Assembly (NCBI GenBank): GCA_963820525.1
Contig: CAWGAA010000003.1
Location: forward strand, 928,001-992,000
From: an uncultured Spirochaetota bacterium
GTDB lineage: Bacteria > Spirochaetota > Spirochaetia > SZUA-6 > Fen-1364
DNA: 64,000 bases
Direction: 5' to 3'
This document shows, piece by piece, positions 39,485-49,623 of the stretch. The notes beneath the pieces were generated by a model. That model ran no database searches. It was not told the origin of the DNA and worked only from the letters and a program-made list of their open reading frames with translations. Both the position numbers and the translations under genes were made by a program. Numbering within the stretch: the stretch's first letter is position 1; every line of letters starts with the position of its first letter.

Positions 39485-40464
39485 GAACCCCGATCGCAGG
39501 ACGCGCCGACGTGATAAGCGCGATATACGACAGGTACAAAAAGCTGATCATCGCTTTCCTGCTCATCATCTTCCTCTTCCTGCTCGGCCAGATAACGGTG
39601 TCGAATTTCCTGAGCCTCCCGCAGATCCTGCTCACGGTGAAACTGGCCTCTTTCATCGCGCTCTTCGGCCTGTGCCAGATGATCGTCATCGCGGGCGGAG
39701 GGAGCGGGCTGGACCTGTCCGTGGGCTACATCGCCACGATGACGGCGGTATTGACGGCGAGCATGATGGACGGGAAGAACGAAAACCTGTGGATCGCCGT
39801 AGCGGCCGCGCTCGGAATCGGGATCGCCGTGGGGTCCGTCAATGGCATGTTGACCTCCTATGTCAAGCTTCCCCCCCTTGTCGTGACGCTCGCCATGTCG
39901 CAGATCCTCCAGGGCGGAATCAACGTATACACGGCGGGCAGAAACATCACGGGGAAGCCTTCCCCGGTCCTGCAGCTTTTAGCCGCGAAATCCACCGGGA
40001 TCTTTCCCAATATCCTCTCCGTGCTGGTTGTGGTCACCCCAATCGTCATGATCCTGTTGTACAAGACGAAATGGGGGTTGATGCTGTTCGGCGCCGGGAC
40101 AAATGAAACGGCCGCGTACCTGAGCGGAGTCAGGGTGAAGCTGGTGCGCTGCGTTTCCTTCATCATCAGCGGGGTGATGGCGAGCCTCATCGGATTGCTG
40201 CTCATCGGCAACATGGGGATCGCGTTCAAGGACATGGGCTCCAACTACGTCATGCCGAGCATCGCGGCGGCGGTCGTCGGCGGGGTGTCGCTTACCGGGG
40301 GGGACGGCAACTACCTGGGAGTGATCCTGGGCGCCATTTTCCTGCAGACCCTCACCAATCTGCTCGTGGCGCTGGGCTGGGGAGACGCGGGGAAATGGAT
40401 GGGATTCGGGATCGTCCTGTTCATTCTGCTCATCGTGTACGTGAGCAATAGGCGAAGCAGATAG
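39481..40464 (+). CDS. Sugar ABC permease
   Basis: LDLSVG, AAYLSG, SIAAAVVGGVSLTGG. Confidence 0.93.
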   Translation: MRTPIAGRADVISAIYDRYKKLIIAFLLIIFLFLLGQITVSNFLSLPQILLTVKLASFIALFGLCQMIVIAGGGSGLDLSVGYIATMTAVLTASMMDGKNENLWIAVAAALGIGIAVGSVNGMLTSYVKLPPLVVTLAMSQILQGGINVYTAGRNITGKPSPVLQLLAAKSTGIFPNILSVLVVVTPIVMILLYKTKWGLMLFGAGTNETAAYLSGVRVKLVRCVSFIISGVMASLIGLLLIGNMGIAFKDMGSNYVMPSIAAAVVGGVSLTGGDGNYLGVILGAIFLQTLTNLLVALGWGDAGKWMGFGIVLFILLIVYVSNRRSR

Positions 40465-40480
40465 GAGGAGGGAGAAAGAG

Positions 40481-41626
40481 ATGCGAAAGATATCCGTCGG
40501 CGTCATCGGGACCGGCTTCATCGGACCCGCGCACATCGAGGCGCTGAGAAGGCTTCCCCGCATCGAGGTGACGGCCTTGGCGGACGTGGACGAGCCCACC
40601 GCCCGAGCCAAGGCGGACAGCCTGGGCGTTCCCGACGCATACGGCGATTACCGGAAACTTCTCGCCCGGGACGACATTCAGTCCGTGCACATCTGCACCC
40701 CGAACCACCTTCACTTCCAGATGTCGAAGGACGCGCTGAACGCCGGAAAGCACGTGGTGTGCGAGAAACCGCTCGCGGTGGACGTGGGGCAGGCCGCCGA
40801 GCTCGTGGAGCTCGCGGCGAAGAAGGGGCTCGTAAACGCCGTGCACTTCAACATCCGCTATTACCCCCTGATGCGGCAGGTCAAGCTCATGGTGGAGAAA
40901 GGCGAAGTGGGCGACATCTTCTCGATCCACGGGTCCTACCTCCAGGACTGGCTGTACTACGACACTGACTACAACTGGCGCCTTGAGCCGAAGCTCTCCG
41001 GCAGGTCCCGCGCGGTAGCCGACATCGGTTCCCATTGGATGGACCTGATTGAGCACGTCTCGGGCCTGCGGATCACGGAGGTGATGGCGGATTTCGCGAC
41101 GTTCCACAAGACGAGGAAGAAACCCCTTGTGCCGGTTGAAACGTACACGGGCAAGATCCTCAAGCCCGAGGATTTCACCGACATCCGGGTCGACACCGAG
41201 GACTACGCCACCATCCTCTTCCATTTCACCGGCGGCGCCCATGGGGCCCTCACCGTCAGCCAGGTGTCCGCCGGCCGGAAGAACAGGATCTCCTTCGAGA
41301 TCGACGGCTCCCGGGAAGCGGTGGCCTGGCAGTCCGAGGCCCCCAACAGCATCTGGATAGGCAGGCGGGACGGGAACAACCAGCTCATGATGAAAGACCC
41401 GTCCCTGGTCTACCCCGAGGTGCGCAAGCTCATCAGCTTCCCCGGAGGCCACAACGAGGCTTTCCCCGACACCTCCAAGCAGATGTTCAAGGAGCTGTAC
41501 GAGCACATAGAGGGGGGGGCGAAGGGCCGACCGACCTTCCCGACATTCGAGGACGGTCTGAGGGAGCTCACATTGTGCGAGAAGATCCTCGCGAGCAAGG
41601 ACCAGGGTTCCTGGGTGCGCATCTGA
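40481..41626 (+). CDS. Gfo/Idh/MocA-family oxidoreductase
   Basis: GTGFIG, ICTPNHLH, CEKP, DIGSHWMD. Confidence 0.93.
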   Translation: MRKISVGVIGTGFIGPAHIEALRRLPRIEVTALADVDEPTARAKADSLGVPDAYGDYRKLLARDDIQSVHICTPNHLHFQMSKDALNAGKHVVCEKPLAVDVGQAAELVELAAKKGLVNAVHFNIRYYPLMRQVKLMVEKGEVGDIFSIHGSYLQDWLYYDTDYNWRLEPKLSGRSRAVADIGSHWMDLIEHVSGLRITEVMADFATFHKTRKKPLVPVETYTGKILKPEDFTDIRVDTEDYATILFHFTGGAHGALTVSQVSAGRKNRISFEIDGSREAVAWQSEAPNSIWIGRRDGNNQLMMKDPSLVYPEVRKLISFPGGHNEAFPDTSKQMFKELYEHIEGGAKGRPTFPTFEDGLRELTLCEKILASKDQGSWVRI

Positions 41627-41644
41627 CAGGAAGGGAGTGAGATC

Positions 41645-42565
41645 ATGATGAAGCTGGGATTTGTGAGCGCCATCCTCGCGGAGCTGAGCTTCGAGGAGGT
41701 GGTTTCCTTTGCCTCGGATCACGAGTTCGCCTGCGTGGAGCTCATGTGCTGGCCCAAGGGGAAGGCGGAACGCCGGTACGCCGGGGTCACGCATATCGAC
41801 GTGGAATCACTGGGCGCCTCCGGCGCGCACGGTATCATGAAGTACCTGGCGGAGAGGAAAGTCGGGATCTCAGGCCTCGGCTACTATCCCAATCCCCTCG
41901 ATCCGGATGAGAAGAAGGCGGAGTTCTTCCGGGAGCACCTGAAAAAGGTGATCTCCGCGGCCGCCGCGTTGAAGGTCGGGGTGGTCAATACCTTCATCGG
42001 CCGGGACCAGACCAAGGGCGTGGATGAGAACTTCAGCCGGTTCGCCTCCGTGTGGCCGGGGATAGTGGCCTTCGCGGAAAAACACGGGGTGAAGATCGGA
42101 ATCGAGAACTGCCCGATGTTTTTTTCCATGGACGAGTGGCCCGCGGGCAAGAACCTCGCCATCAGCCCCGCGATCTGGCGGAGGATGTTCGCGGAGATCC
42201 CCTCCAAGAGCTTCGGCCTGAACTATGACCCGTCCCACCTGCTGTGGCAGCAGATCGACTACGTGAAGCCGATAACCGAGTTCAAGGACCGGATATTCCA
42301 CGTCCACATCAAGGACGCGAAGATCAAGAGGGACAAGCTCGACGAGGTCGGAATCCTGGCGACTCCCCTCGAGTTCCACGCGCCGAAGCTCCCGGGGCTC
42401 GGCGAAATCGACTGGGGAAGGTTCGTCTCCGCTCTGAGCGACATCGGCTACGAAGGCCCCGCCTGCATCGAAGCGGAAGACCGCTCCTTCGAGGGGAACC
42501 TTGAGGAACGGAAGACCGCTCTCAGGCTGAGCAATGCGTACATGAGGCAGTTCATCGCCGTGTAG
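41645..42565 (+). CDS. Sugar phosphate isomerase/epimerase-like TIM barrel (AP_endonuc_2 family)
   Basis: Metal ligands IENCP, YDPSH, HVHIKD, CIEAED. Confidence 0.9.
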   Translation: MMKLGFVSAILAELSFEEVVSFASDHEFACVELMCWPKGKAERRYAGVTHIDVESLGASGAHGIMKYLAERKVGISGLGYYPNPLDPDEKKAEFFREHLKKVISAAAALKVGVVNTFIGRDQTKGVDENFSRFASVWPGIVAFAEKHGVKIGIENCPMFFSMDEWPAGKNLAISPAIWRRMFAEIPSKSFGLNYDPSHLLWQQIDYVKPITEFKDRIFHVHIKDAKIKRDKLDEVGILATPLEFHAPKLPGLGEIDWGRFVSALSDIGYEGPACIEAEDRSFEGNLEERKTALRLSNAYMRQFIAV

Positions 42566-42710
42566 CGCCCCAGGGAGGGAGCCGGGAGGCTTTCGGGGAG
42601 CGCGGCCGCGACTGCCATCTTGACCGATCGAGGGCGACGGTGAAATAGGGGCAACCCACTGGGCGATCACCGAGCCCCACGCGCGACAAGGCGGGCGAAG
42701 GGGTAAAGGA

Positions 42711-43486
42711 ATGCTTGGAACCGACAGAGAGAGTGAAGGAATACCCAAGTACATACAACTGGCGAAGATACTGAGGGACAAGATCGCGCGGCAGGAGTAC
42801 AAGGCCGAGCAGCAGATCCCGACCGAATCCGAGCTGTGCGATCAGTATAAGGTGAGCAGGATCACCGTCCGTCAGGCCATAAACAGGTTGGTCCAGGAGA
42901 ATTATCTGGACCGCAGGCAGGGAAGGGGCACGTACGTCGTGCACCAGAAGCTGCGGAGGAACATCGCCAAAGTCTACAGTTTCACGCATGACATGGTGAG
43001 CCTAGGTCTCAAGCCCAGCTCGCACACCCTGGAGCTTGAGGTGCAAGAGGCGGACCCGGAGCTGGCCGAAAAAATGAGGCTCCCGGAGAACAACCGTCTC
43101 ATGACCAAGATCCGCCGGGTTCGGTTGGCCAACGGCACGCCGATCCTCGTGGAGACTTCGCTGATCCCGGAGTTCCTCTGTCCCGGGCTGGCGACGAAAG
43201 ACTTGGAGAAAGGCTCCCTCTATCAGATCCTCACCGAAGAGTACCGCGTGCTTCCCCACCACGCGGAGGAGACGTACGAGTCCATCATCATGTCGAAGAA
43301 GGATGCCGAGATTCTTGAATGCGGCACCGGCCGTCCGCGGCCTGCTTTCTCGATTCAGCGCATCACGTACTTGGAAAACGGAGCTCCGATCGAGCTCACC
43401 AGATCCGTCGGCAGGGGGACCTGCTCACGTTGGCGATCAACATGGTGGCGGATAAGGCGGATTTCCAGAGAATCGTGGAGTTCTGA
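42711..43486 (+). CDS. GntR/HutC-family regulator (HTH + UTRA), frameshifted near the 3' end as assembled
   Basis: PKYIQLA...PTESEL...VSRITVRQA...QGRGTYV. Extending G5 to G6 at 43414-43418 gives the ending RGDLLTLAINM...VEF* at 43486. Confidence 0.9.
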
Positions 43487-43607
43487 GCGCGGCGCCAATT
43501 CATCTTCTTCTCCCTCGCGCTCATCAAGGGGATCACTGAGGCGGCCTTTATCGCGCAAGCGGCGCGGGAAAGCCGGACCTCCCGGCCAGGAGAATGGGAG
43601 GCCCCGG

Positions 43608-43771
43608 GAGCCACTTGATGGCCGCGTCGCGGTGGGGGGCTCCCTTGCGCAGGCCGAACGAATCGGAGAGCATGATGAACGTGCCCTGGGTCCCCGGTGA
43701 GGGCGCCCATCCGAAATCGACGTTCGGCGTCAGTTGGAGCGGTGGATGTTGACCGGGATGCTGTAAACCTC
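43608..43771 (-). pseudogene. Remnant of a glucose/mannose-type ABC binding-protein gene
   Basis: Fragments [13 protein letters not shown] and [41 protein letters not shown] abut in different frames. Confidence 0.7.
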
Positions 43772-44157
43772 TGGTTATGGGCTCCATCTTGTTCGCCACG
43801 ACCCAGGTATCGGCAATGCAACCGTCGCGGGAGACGCCGGCTCCAGGGGAAACACATTAGAGCCTCCAGGCTTAAGGGGAGTGGCAAATGCCCGATGCTC
43901 TCTCAACTGGCTGTCTGCCGCTGCCCACCCTCTCCTATTCTTGTGTGAAATGACCGGAGGGGTTAAGTTCTCATATGCTGGTTGGCGGATGCAGGCTTCT
44001 GGGTTGAGCATGGAGAGCATGGCCATGCCCAGGAGGCTGTGCGGCTTTTTTTATAGCGAAACGTTCTCGTGCGCCTGAAGGCGCGGCGAATAATTTCTAC
44101 TATCAATTGGTGTTGCTCCCGTGCGAAAGCCGTCAAAAGCGAGGACAGGAGGACGCC

Positions 44158-44832
44158 ATGAAAGCAAAGGGCGCTGCAGGGTATGGATACCAGTGGTGGC
44201 TGCGGAAGGACCCACCCCGGTTCGAGGCTCTCGGGCGGGCAGGCCAGAGGATCACGGTCATCCCGCAGCTGGACACGGTCGTGGTATTCACGGGCGGGGG
44301 ATTCGAGCCGGGGGACGTCGGCGCGCTCATCGGGAAGGCGCTGCGCTCGGATCGCCTGATCCCCGAGGACCCGGCAGGCTACGCGATGCTGCAGGCAAAG
44401 ACTGCCGCGGCGGCCGCTGCGCCGGCTGCGCAGCCGGTGCCGGCATTGCCTTCGACCGCTCGAGAGATCTCCGGGAAGCGATATGCGCTGGAGAAAAACG
44501 CCCTCGGTCTCGTCTCCATCGGTTTCACCTTCGACGGGGGTGACACGGCCCGGCTCGACCTGGAAGTCACGGACCGCCGCGAGTCACGGCCGATAGGGCT
44601 CGACGGCGTCTATCGCGTCTCACGGGAAAGTCCCGAAGAGCAGCCCGTCGCGATCCGTGGCGAATGGCTGGGCGAGAAGGAGTTCGGCTTCACCTACAAC
44701 GAGTTCACCACGGCGCAGAACACGATCGCGCGCGCGGCCTTTGCAGCGGACGGCATCACCCTCAAGCTGAGAGACCCCGACGACGACCTGGACATGACGA
44801 TCAGAGGCCATACTGAGGAGCAACTGCGATGA
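44158..44832 (+). pseudogene. C-terminal part of a beta-lactamase-like serine hydrolase, catalytic region missing
   Basis: GYGYQWW...ALGRAGQRITVIPQLDTVVVFTG directly follows the start; no SxxK motif. Confidence 0.7.
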
Positions 44833-44919
44833 AATAAGTCCGCGTCTCGCTGCTGCCGCAGCCACTGTCAGCTGAGTCCGACAGCGGAGAGTCAGCCCTG
44901 GCCGCCCGGCAGGCCCACG

Positions 44920-45294
44920 TCAACTTCCGGCGGGTTTCGCTACCTGCAACTTCAAGCTGTCAATGTCGACGGCGATATCGAAAACGCGTTCGAGGCGCGT
45001 GATGGAGAAAACGGAGCGGACCTGCTCGTTCATGCCCGCCAGCTTCAACGTCCCGCCCGCTTCCCGCGCGAGCTTGTACCCCGAAACGAGGGCCGCCAGC
45101 CCGGAGCTGTCGATGAAGGAAGTCGCTGAAAGATCGACGAGGAGGGTGCTTCCGCCTTTTCGTACCTGCTCCTTGAAGGCGGTTTTCACTTCGAGCTGGC
45201 TGGCGGCGTCGAGCCGCCCCGTAAGAGTGAGAACCACCACCGACTTCGTCACCTGTTCGGCCGATACTATCATGCTCATGGGACTTGTCTCCAT
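44920..45294 (-). CDS. STAS anti-sigma-factor antagonist (RsbV/SpoIIAA-like)
   Basis: GRLDA, VDLSATSFIDSSGL with the phosphorylatable Ser, VFSITRL. Confidence 0.93.
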   Translation of the reverse strand: METSPMSMIVSAEQVTKSVVVLTLTGRLDAASQLEVKTAFKEQVRKGGSTLLVDLSATSFIDSSGLAALVSGYKLAREAGGTLKLAGMNEQVRSVFSITRLERVFDIAVDIDSLKLQVAKPAGS

Positions 45295-47285
45295 TATTGC
45301 ACCTTTGAATCATACGTGGGGAAAAGAAACGCGGGAGGTCTCGGGTTCCATCCCGTGGGCGCCTTGTACAGGGCGGCGCGCAAGATCACCGAGAGTGTGG
45401 CGATATTGTAGATCGCCCATCCGACATTCACAAGAGCTCCCACGTTCGCGGCCTGCGCGCCGATAGCGACCCGTATGACGGTCACCGCGATCGCAGCGAA
45501 GGAGATTGCCACCGTGACTGCCTGCACGCTCACCCGGGAGAGGTAGTTGCCGCTCTGGCGCTGCTTGGGCGTCACCTGGAAATGGACCTTCCTGCTGAAG
45601 ATCGAGCCCAGGACCGCGCGGATCCACAGCGGGAACAGGCACAGGGTGTACTGCTCCGTGCGCCGCGTCGAGAGCCCCGAGGTGACCAGGCGGAACATTA
45701 CCTTGTTCACAATGAAGAAAGGGATAAACCGGATGCCGAAGTCGAGCGTCCAGCCGATCACGGGGGCAATGCCGGTGAGCAGGAAGAAGACCGGAGAAAA
45801 GACGTAGAGAAGGTGGGCGAACCCGCTGAAGTACGCGAAAATGGTCGTGAAGTACTGCAGCCGTTGGGCGAACGAGAGACCCCCACGAAAAAGCAGAGAT
45901 TCGCGGAAAAGAACCTGAAGCGTTCCTTGCGCCCAGCGCAGCCTCTGGGTGAGCGCTGATCCAAGATCTTCCGGCGCGAGCCCGTATGCGAGGATCTCAG
46001 GGTGGAAGACGCTCCTCCACCCCCGGGCGTGCAGGCGGATCGCCGTCGCCATGTCCTCCGTCACGCTGATCGTGGACATGGCATTGACTGCGATCGCCTC
46101 GTTTTCGCGGGCGAGCACCCTCCCTTCCTCGAACCGCCCCGCGAAGGACTCGGGCCCGGCGGTTTCCTTGGCAAGGGTCTCGGAGAGCGAGGGCAGCTCC
46201 TCGAGGATGGAACGGCCGGCCTCCCGCGCCGCCTCGTCCCCCTTTTCGCCGAGCTCCGCCAGCTCGCGGCCGATCACCTCGAGGTTCCTTTCCGCCTGGA
46301 TGCTGTCTGCTCTCTGTCCCCCCTGCCGGAGCGCCTCCGCCGCCTTCTCCAGCGGCTCCCCGGCCGCCAGCATCGCGCGGGCTCGGCGCGCTGCCTCCGA
46401 AAGTACGAGCTTTGCCGCCCTCCCCGCGGTCGGCGTGACACCGGCGCGCCGCGCTTCCTTCCGCATCCGCGCGATGGCCGCTTCCATATCCTTCTCGGCT
46501 TCCTCGGCGTATTCCGCCAGTCCGATCTGCATCAGAGCCTCCCTGCGCAGCACCGCGTTGGAGCCGCAGAAGAAGGCCGCGTTCCATCCGTCCTTCCCCT
46601 GCATGATGGGCCCGTAGAACAGGGGGGCGTCGGAGCCGAAGGGATCCCCGGGAGGCAGGTTGTAGAAGTATTGGGGCGTCTGGACGAAGGCGAGCTTGGG
46701 GTCGCGGAAGTAGCCCATGATCCTCTTGAGGATCTGCGGCGTGGGAATCTGATCCGAGTCGAGAATCAGGATGAACTCGCCGCTTGTCTGGAGCAGGGCA
46801 TTGTTCACGTTCCCCGCCTTCGCGTGGCGCGGCTTGCCCTTCCACTCCTCCCCCCGTGTTATGTACCCGCAGGAGAGCTCCGCACAGAGTTCTTTCATCT
46901 CCGGGCGCGATCCGTCATCGAGGATGTAGACGCGTTTGGGCTCCCAGTCGATGCGCAGAGCCGCCTCCGCGGTCAGTCGGACAAGATCGACCGGCTCGTT
47001 GTACGTCGTGATGAAGACGTCGACTTCCTTGCCCTCGAGGGGCTCGGGCGGTTTTCGCCGCTGGGGTTTCCACATCATCAGGATGAACAGCAGGGAGTCA
47101 ATGAAACTGTAGGTCTCCGCCGCGACGAGGAGCAGGGAGAACCAGACCGCACGAGGATCGAAGTTGAGGCTGGCCGTGTAGCGCCATCCCAGATAGACGA
47201 TCCCCGCGGCAATGTTGGCAAACGCGAGTATGCGGAAGACAAACAGGCGTCGGGCCCGGCGCGTCTCGGAGCGATTCTCATTCAT
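45294..47285 (-). CDS. Cellulose-synthase catalytic subunit-like processive GT2, no PilZ domain
   Basis: YNE, DDG, HAKAGN, DSD, QTPQ, FFCGS, TED, QRLRW, FQVTPK; N- and C-terminal TMs. Confidence 0.9.
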   Translation of the reverse strand: MNENRSETRRARRLFVFRILAFANIAAGIVYLGWRYTASLNFDPRAVWFSLLLVAAETYSFIDSLLFILMMWKPQRRKPPEPLEGKEVDVFITTYNEPVDLVRLTAEAALRIDWEPKRVYILDDGSRPEMKELCAELSCGYITRGEEWKGKPRHAKAGNVNNALLQTSGEFILILDSDQIPTPQILKRIMGYFRDPKLAFVQTPQYFYNLPPGDPFGSDAPLFYGPIMQGKDGWNAAFFCGSNAVLRREALMQIGLAEYAEEAEKDMEAAIARMRKEARRAGVTPTAGRAAKLVLSEAARRARAMLAAGEPLEKAAEALRQGGQRADSIQAERNLEVIGRELAELGEKGDEAAREAGRSILEELPSLSETLAKETAGPESFAGRFEEGRVLARENEAIAVNAMSTISVTEDMATAIRLHARGWRSVFHPEILAYGLAPEDLGSALTQRLRWAQGTLQVLFRESLLFRGGLSFAQRLQYFTTIFAYFSGFAHLLYVFSPVFFLLTGIAPVIGWTLDFGIRFIPFFIVNKVMFRLVTSGLSTRRTEQYTLCLFPLWIRAVLGSIFSRKVHFQVTPKQRQSGNYLSRVSVQAVTVAISFAAIAVTVIRVAIGAQAANVGALVNVGWAIYNIATLSVILRAALYKAPTGWNPRPPAFLFPTYDSKVQ

Positions 47286-49623
47286 CGGGTTCAATCCCCT
47301 GAGCCTGTTTTCCCGCAGATGCCACCCGCTTGGAGATACGCCAATGGTTGCTGCATCTCACGCCGTTTTCATGAGAGAGCTCGTCCGTGCATCTCCTGAT
47401 GATGTGCAGCCCATACCCTCCTTCGGGGATGAGATCCAGGTCAGGGGCATGGACAGAGTTAACGTCGAACGGCAGGCCATCGTCGAAAAAGTCGATTGTG
47501 ACCCCCTCGGGCAAAAGCCCGATCTCCAGCCGCACGGCTCCCCGGGTCCCCTGGTAGCCGTGCCGTAGTATATTCGTGACAATTTCCGAGGCTGCCAATT
47601 CGATTTCTCCCGTAAACTTTTCCCCATAGGAGGCGACCGTCTTCGGCACGAAGGCGACGACGTCCTCGAGGGTTTCCATACTGAGGTCAAAGGAGGATAT
47701 GACGCGCCGGGGCAGGGCCTTCAGGACGATCAACGTCACATCATCGGACAGAGGCGCGCCTCCCCGGAACCTTTCAACCTCGTCGAGGATGGACGTCTTG
47801 ATAAGCGACGCCGTCTTCCGCCCATACGCGCACACGATGTTTCGAAGCCTTTCGGCGCCGAAGAGCTTCTCTGCGGGGTCCTGCGCCTCGGAGATACCGT
47901 CGCTGTACAGAACGACGGCATCCCCGGGGAGAAGCACGGTCTGCTCATCCTCCCACTCGCCCGTGGAAAAGATGCCGATCGGCAGCCCCGACGTTTCCAT
48001 CTCTTCGCACGCCCCGGTCAGGTTCCGGTACACAAGCGGCCTGCAACTGCCCGCGTTGGAAGCGATGAGTCGTCCGGAGTCCTCTTCGAGCCGCATGACC
48101 AGCATGGTCACGAAAACCTCCGTTTGGGACAAATCTTCGTGGAGGGCGGCATTGACCTTCGTGAGAATGCGCGCGGGAGAGATCTCATGGGCGCTCTCCA
48201 CGCGGAAAAGCGTTCGGGCCGTCGATGTAAGCAGGGCTGCGGAGATACCCTTGCCGGAGATGTCCCCGAGGGCGATCGTGTGCACTCTCTGCTCCGGCGT
48301 CGAAAAATCGTAGAAATCACCGCTGACGATCCGGGCGGGGAATGCCGCGGCGTCGAAGGAGTATCCTTCGGGGGAGGGGAGACGTCGGGGCAGGAGACTC
48401 TGCTGCACCTGCGCGGCGAGGTCGATCTCCTGTTTGAGCCTCTGCTGGGAGAGCAGCTCCGATTGGGCTTCCTCAAGCTGCCGGGTCCTCTCGATGACCC
48501 CCCGCTCGAGCTTGTCGTTCGCCTCCTGCAGCCATTTCTCGTACTCCTTCTGGGACAGTTCGGCCTTTTTCCTCTCCATCGCGTCCGCTATGAACGTGGT
48601 GACGATTCTTTCGTTGCCCACCTCGACCGCATTCAACCCGACGTCCACGGGGAACTCCGATCCGTTTTTCCTGCGCGCGTAGAGGTCAAGGCCGATGCCC
48701 ATGGGCCGAGGCTTGGGTTCAGCAAGGTACGAGGCGATGTATTTCCTGTATTCCTCCTGGAACCGCTGGGGAAGGATCGCTTCGAGGGTTGCGCCCAACA
48801 GTTCTCCGCGGGTGTATCCGCACATTCTTTCGAGCTCCAGATTGGTGTAGCGGATCACGCCTTTGTCGTCGAAGAGGACGACGCCCACGGGCGCGCTCTC
48901 CATCAAGGAGAGGAAGCGCTGCTCGCTCTCCGTCCGGGCGTCCTCGGCGAGCTTGCGGTACGTGGATCCTGATGCGAACACGGCGCTTGAAACGGTGAAG
49001 GCGAGCGGCGCGAAGTCTACCCAGCTCATATGAAACAGGTAGAAGCTCATGCCGATCCAGGGGAGGACCGCCCCCCAGAGCACGGACCAGAATTGCCGTT
49101 GTTGGAGACGGGGAGAACCGAAGAGGGCCCGGATCAGGAGGATCGTCGCCGCGAGAATGAGGGCATAGGAGTACGCCGCATGAACCCAGTACAAGGGGCC
49201 GTAGACGGCGCGAAGGAATGAGTACGACCCCCGTTGGGCGAGTTCGAGGGAAACGTAGAACCGGCCGTGGCCGCTGTTCGTCCATACGACGGCGTTCACC
49301 ATGAGCGGTTCGATGGCGAACAGGAAGAGACGGCCGGACGTCACCCATCTGTCCCGCTTGAGGTAACTGGCGATGAACAGCAGCCAGAGCGCGGGCGCCA
49401 GCGCGCTCCCCGCGTATTGGAAGTTGGCCCAGAAATGCTTTGACGCAAAGCCGGAAGATGCTTGCTCGAGAATGGTGAAAAAGGTCCACAGGATGACGGC
49501 TCGCAGGAAGGGGGCAAGGTACCGGGAGGGTTGCTTCTTCCTGTGCAGCAATGTGTACAGAAAAACTCCGCAGGCGCTCAGGAACGTGAGAAAGGTGGGG
49601 AAAGTATAGGGCTCAAGCTGCGT
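47278..49623 (-). CDS. 7TM sensor - PAS - PP2C/SpoIIE phosphatase - RsbW-like kinase fusion
   Basis: HisKA_7TM-like N-terminus (WTNSGHG, GPLYWVHAAYSY); PAS; SGDFYD, GDISGKG, YSDG, DDVT; EIVTNILRHG, DDGLPFD, GGYGL. The frame stays open upstream of TTG 49551 to ACG 49623. Confidence 0.9.
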   Translation of the reverse strand, partial: TQLEPYTFPTFLTFLSACGVFLYTLLHRKKQPSRYLAPFLRAVILWTFFTILEQASSGFASKHFWANFQYAGSALAPALWLLFIASYLKRDRWVTSGRLFLFAIEPLMVNAVVWTNSGHGRFYVSLELAQRGSYSFLRAVYGPLYWVHAAYSYALILAATILLIRALFGSPRLQQRQFWSVLWGAVLPWIGMSFYLFHMSWVDFAPLAFTVSSAVFASGSTYRKLAEDARTESEQRFLSLMESAPVGVVLFDDKGVIRYTNLELERMCGYTRGELLGATLEAILPQRFQEEYRKYIASYLAEPKPRPMGIGLDLYARRKNGSEFPVDVGLNAVEVGNERIVTTFIADAMERKKAELSQKEYEKWLQEANDKLERGVIERTRQLEEAQSELLSQQRLKQEIDLAAQVQQSLLPRRLPSPEGYSFDAAAFPARIVSGDFYDFSTPEQRVHTIALGDISGKGISAALLTSTARTLFRVESAHEISPARILTKVNAALHEDLSQTEVFVTMLVMRLEEDSGRLIASNAGSCRPLVYRNLTGACEEMETSGLPIGIFSTGEWEDEQTVLLPGDAVVLYSDGISEAQDPAEKLFGAERLRNIVCAYGRKTASLIKTSILDEVERFRGGAPLSDDVTLIVLKALPRRVISSFDLSMETLEDVVAFVPKTVASYGEKFTGEIELAASEIVTNILRHGYQGTRGAVRLEIGLLPEGVTIDFFDDGLPFDVNSVHAPDLDLIPEGGYGLHIIRRCTDELSHENGVRCSNHWRISKRVASAGKQAQGIEPDE

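Noticed and set aside
43880..44055. Structured ncRNA or riboswitch
   Set aside because: Partial complementarity (atgctctc/gagagcat, tcaac/gttga) and a T-run exist, but no family motif was recognised. An Rfam/Infernal search would be needed.
45294..47285. Canonical c-di-GMP-activated bcsAB operon
   Set aside because: No PilZ motifs (RxxxR, DxSxxG) after the last TM, and no bcsB, bcsC or bcsZ in the window.
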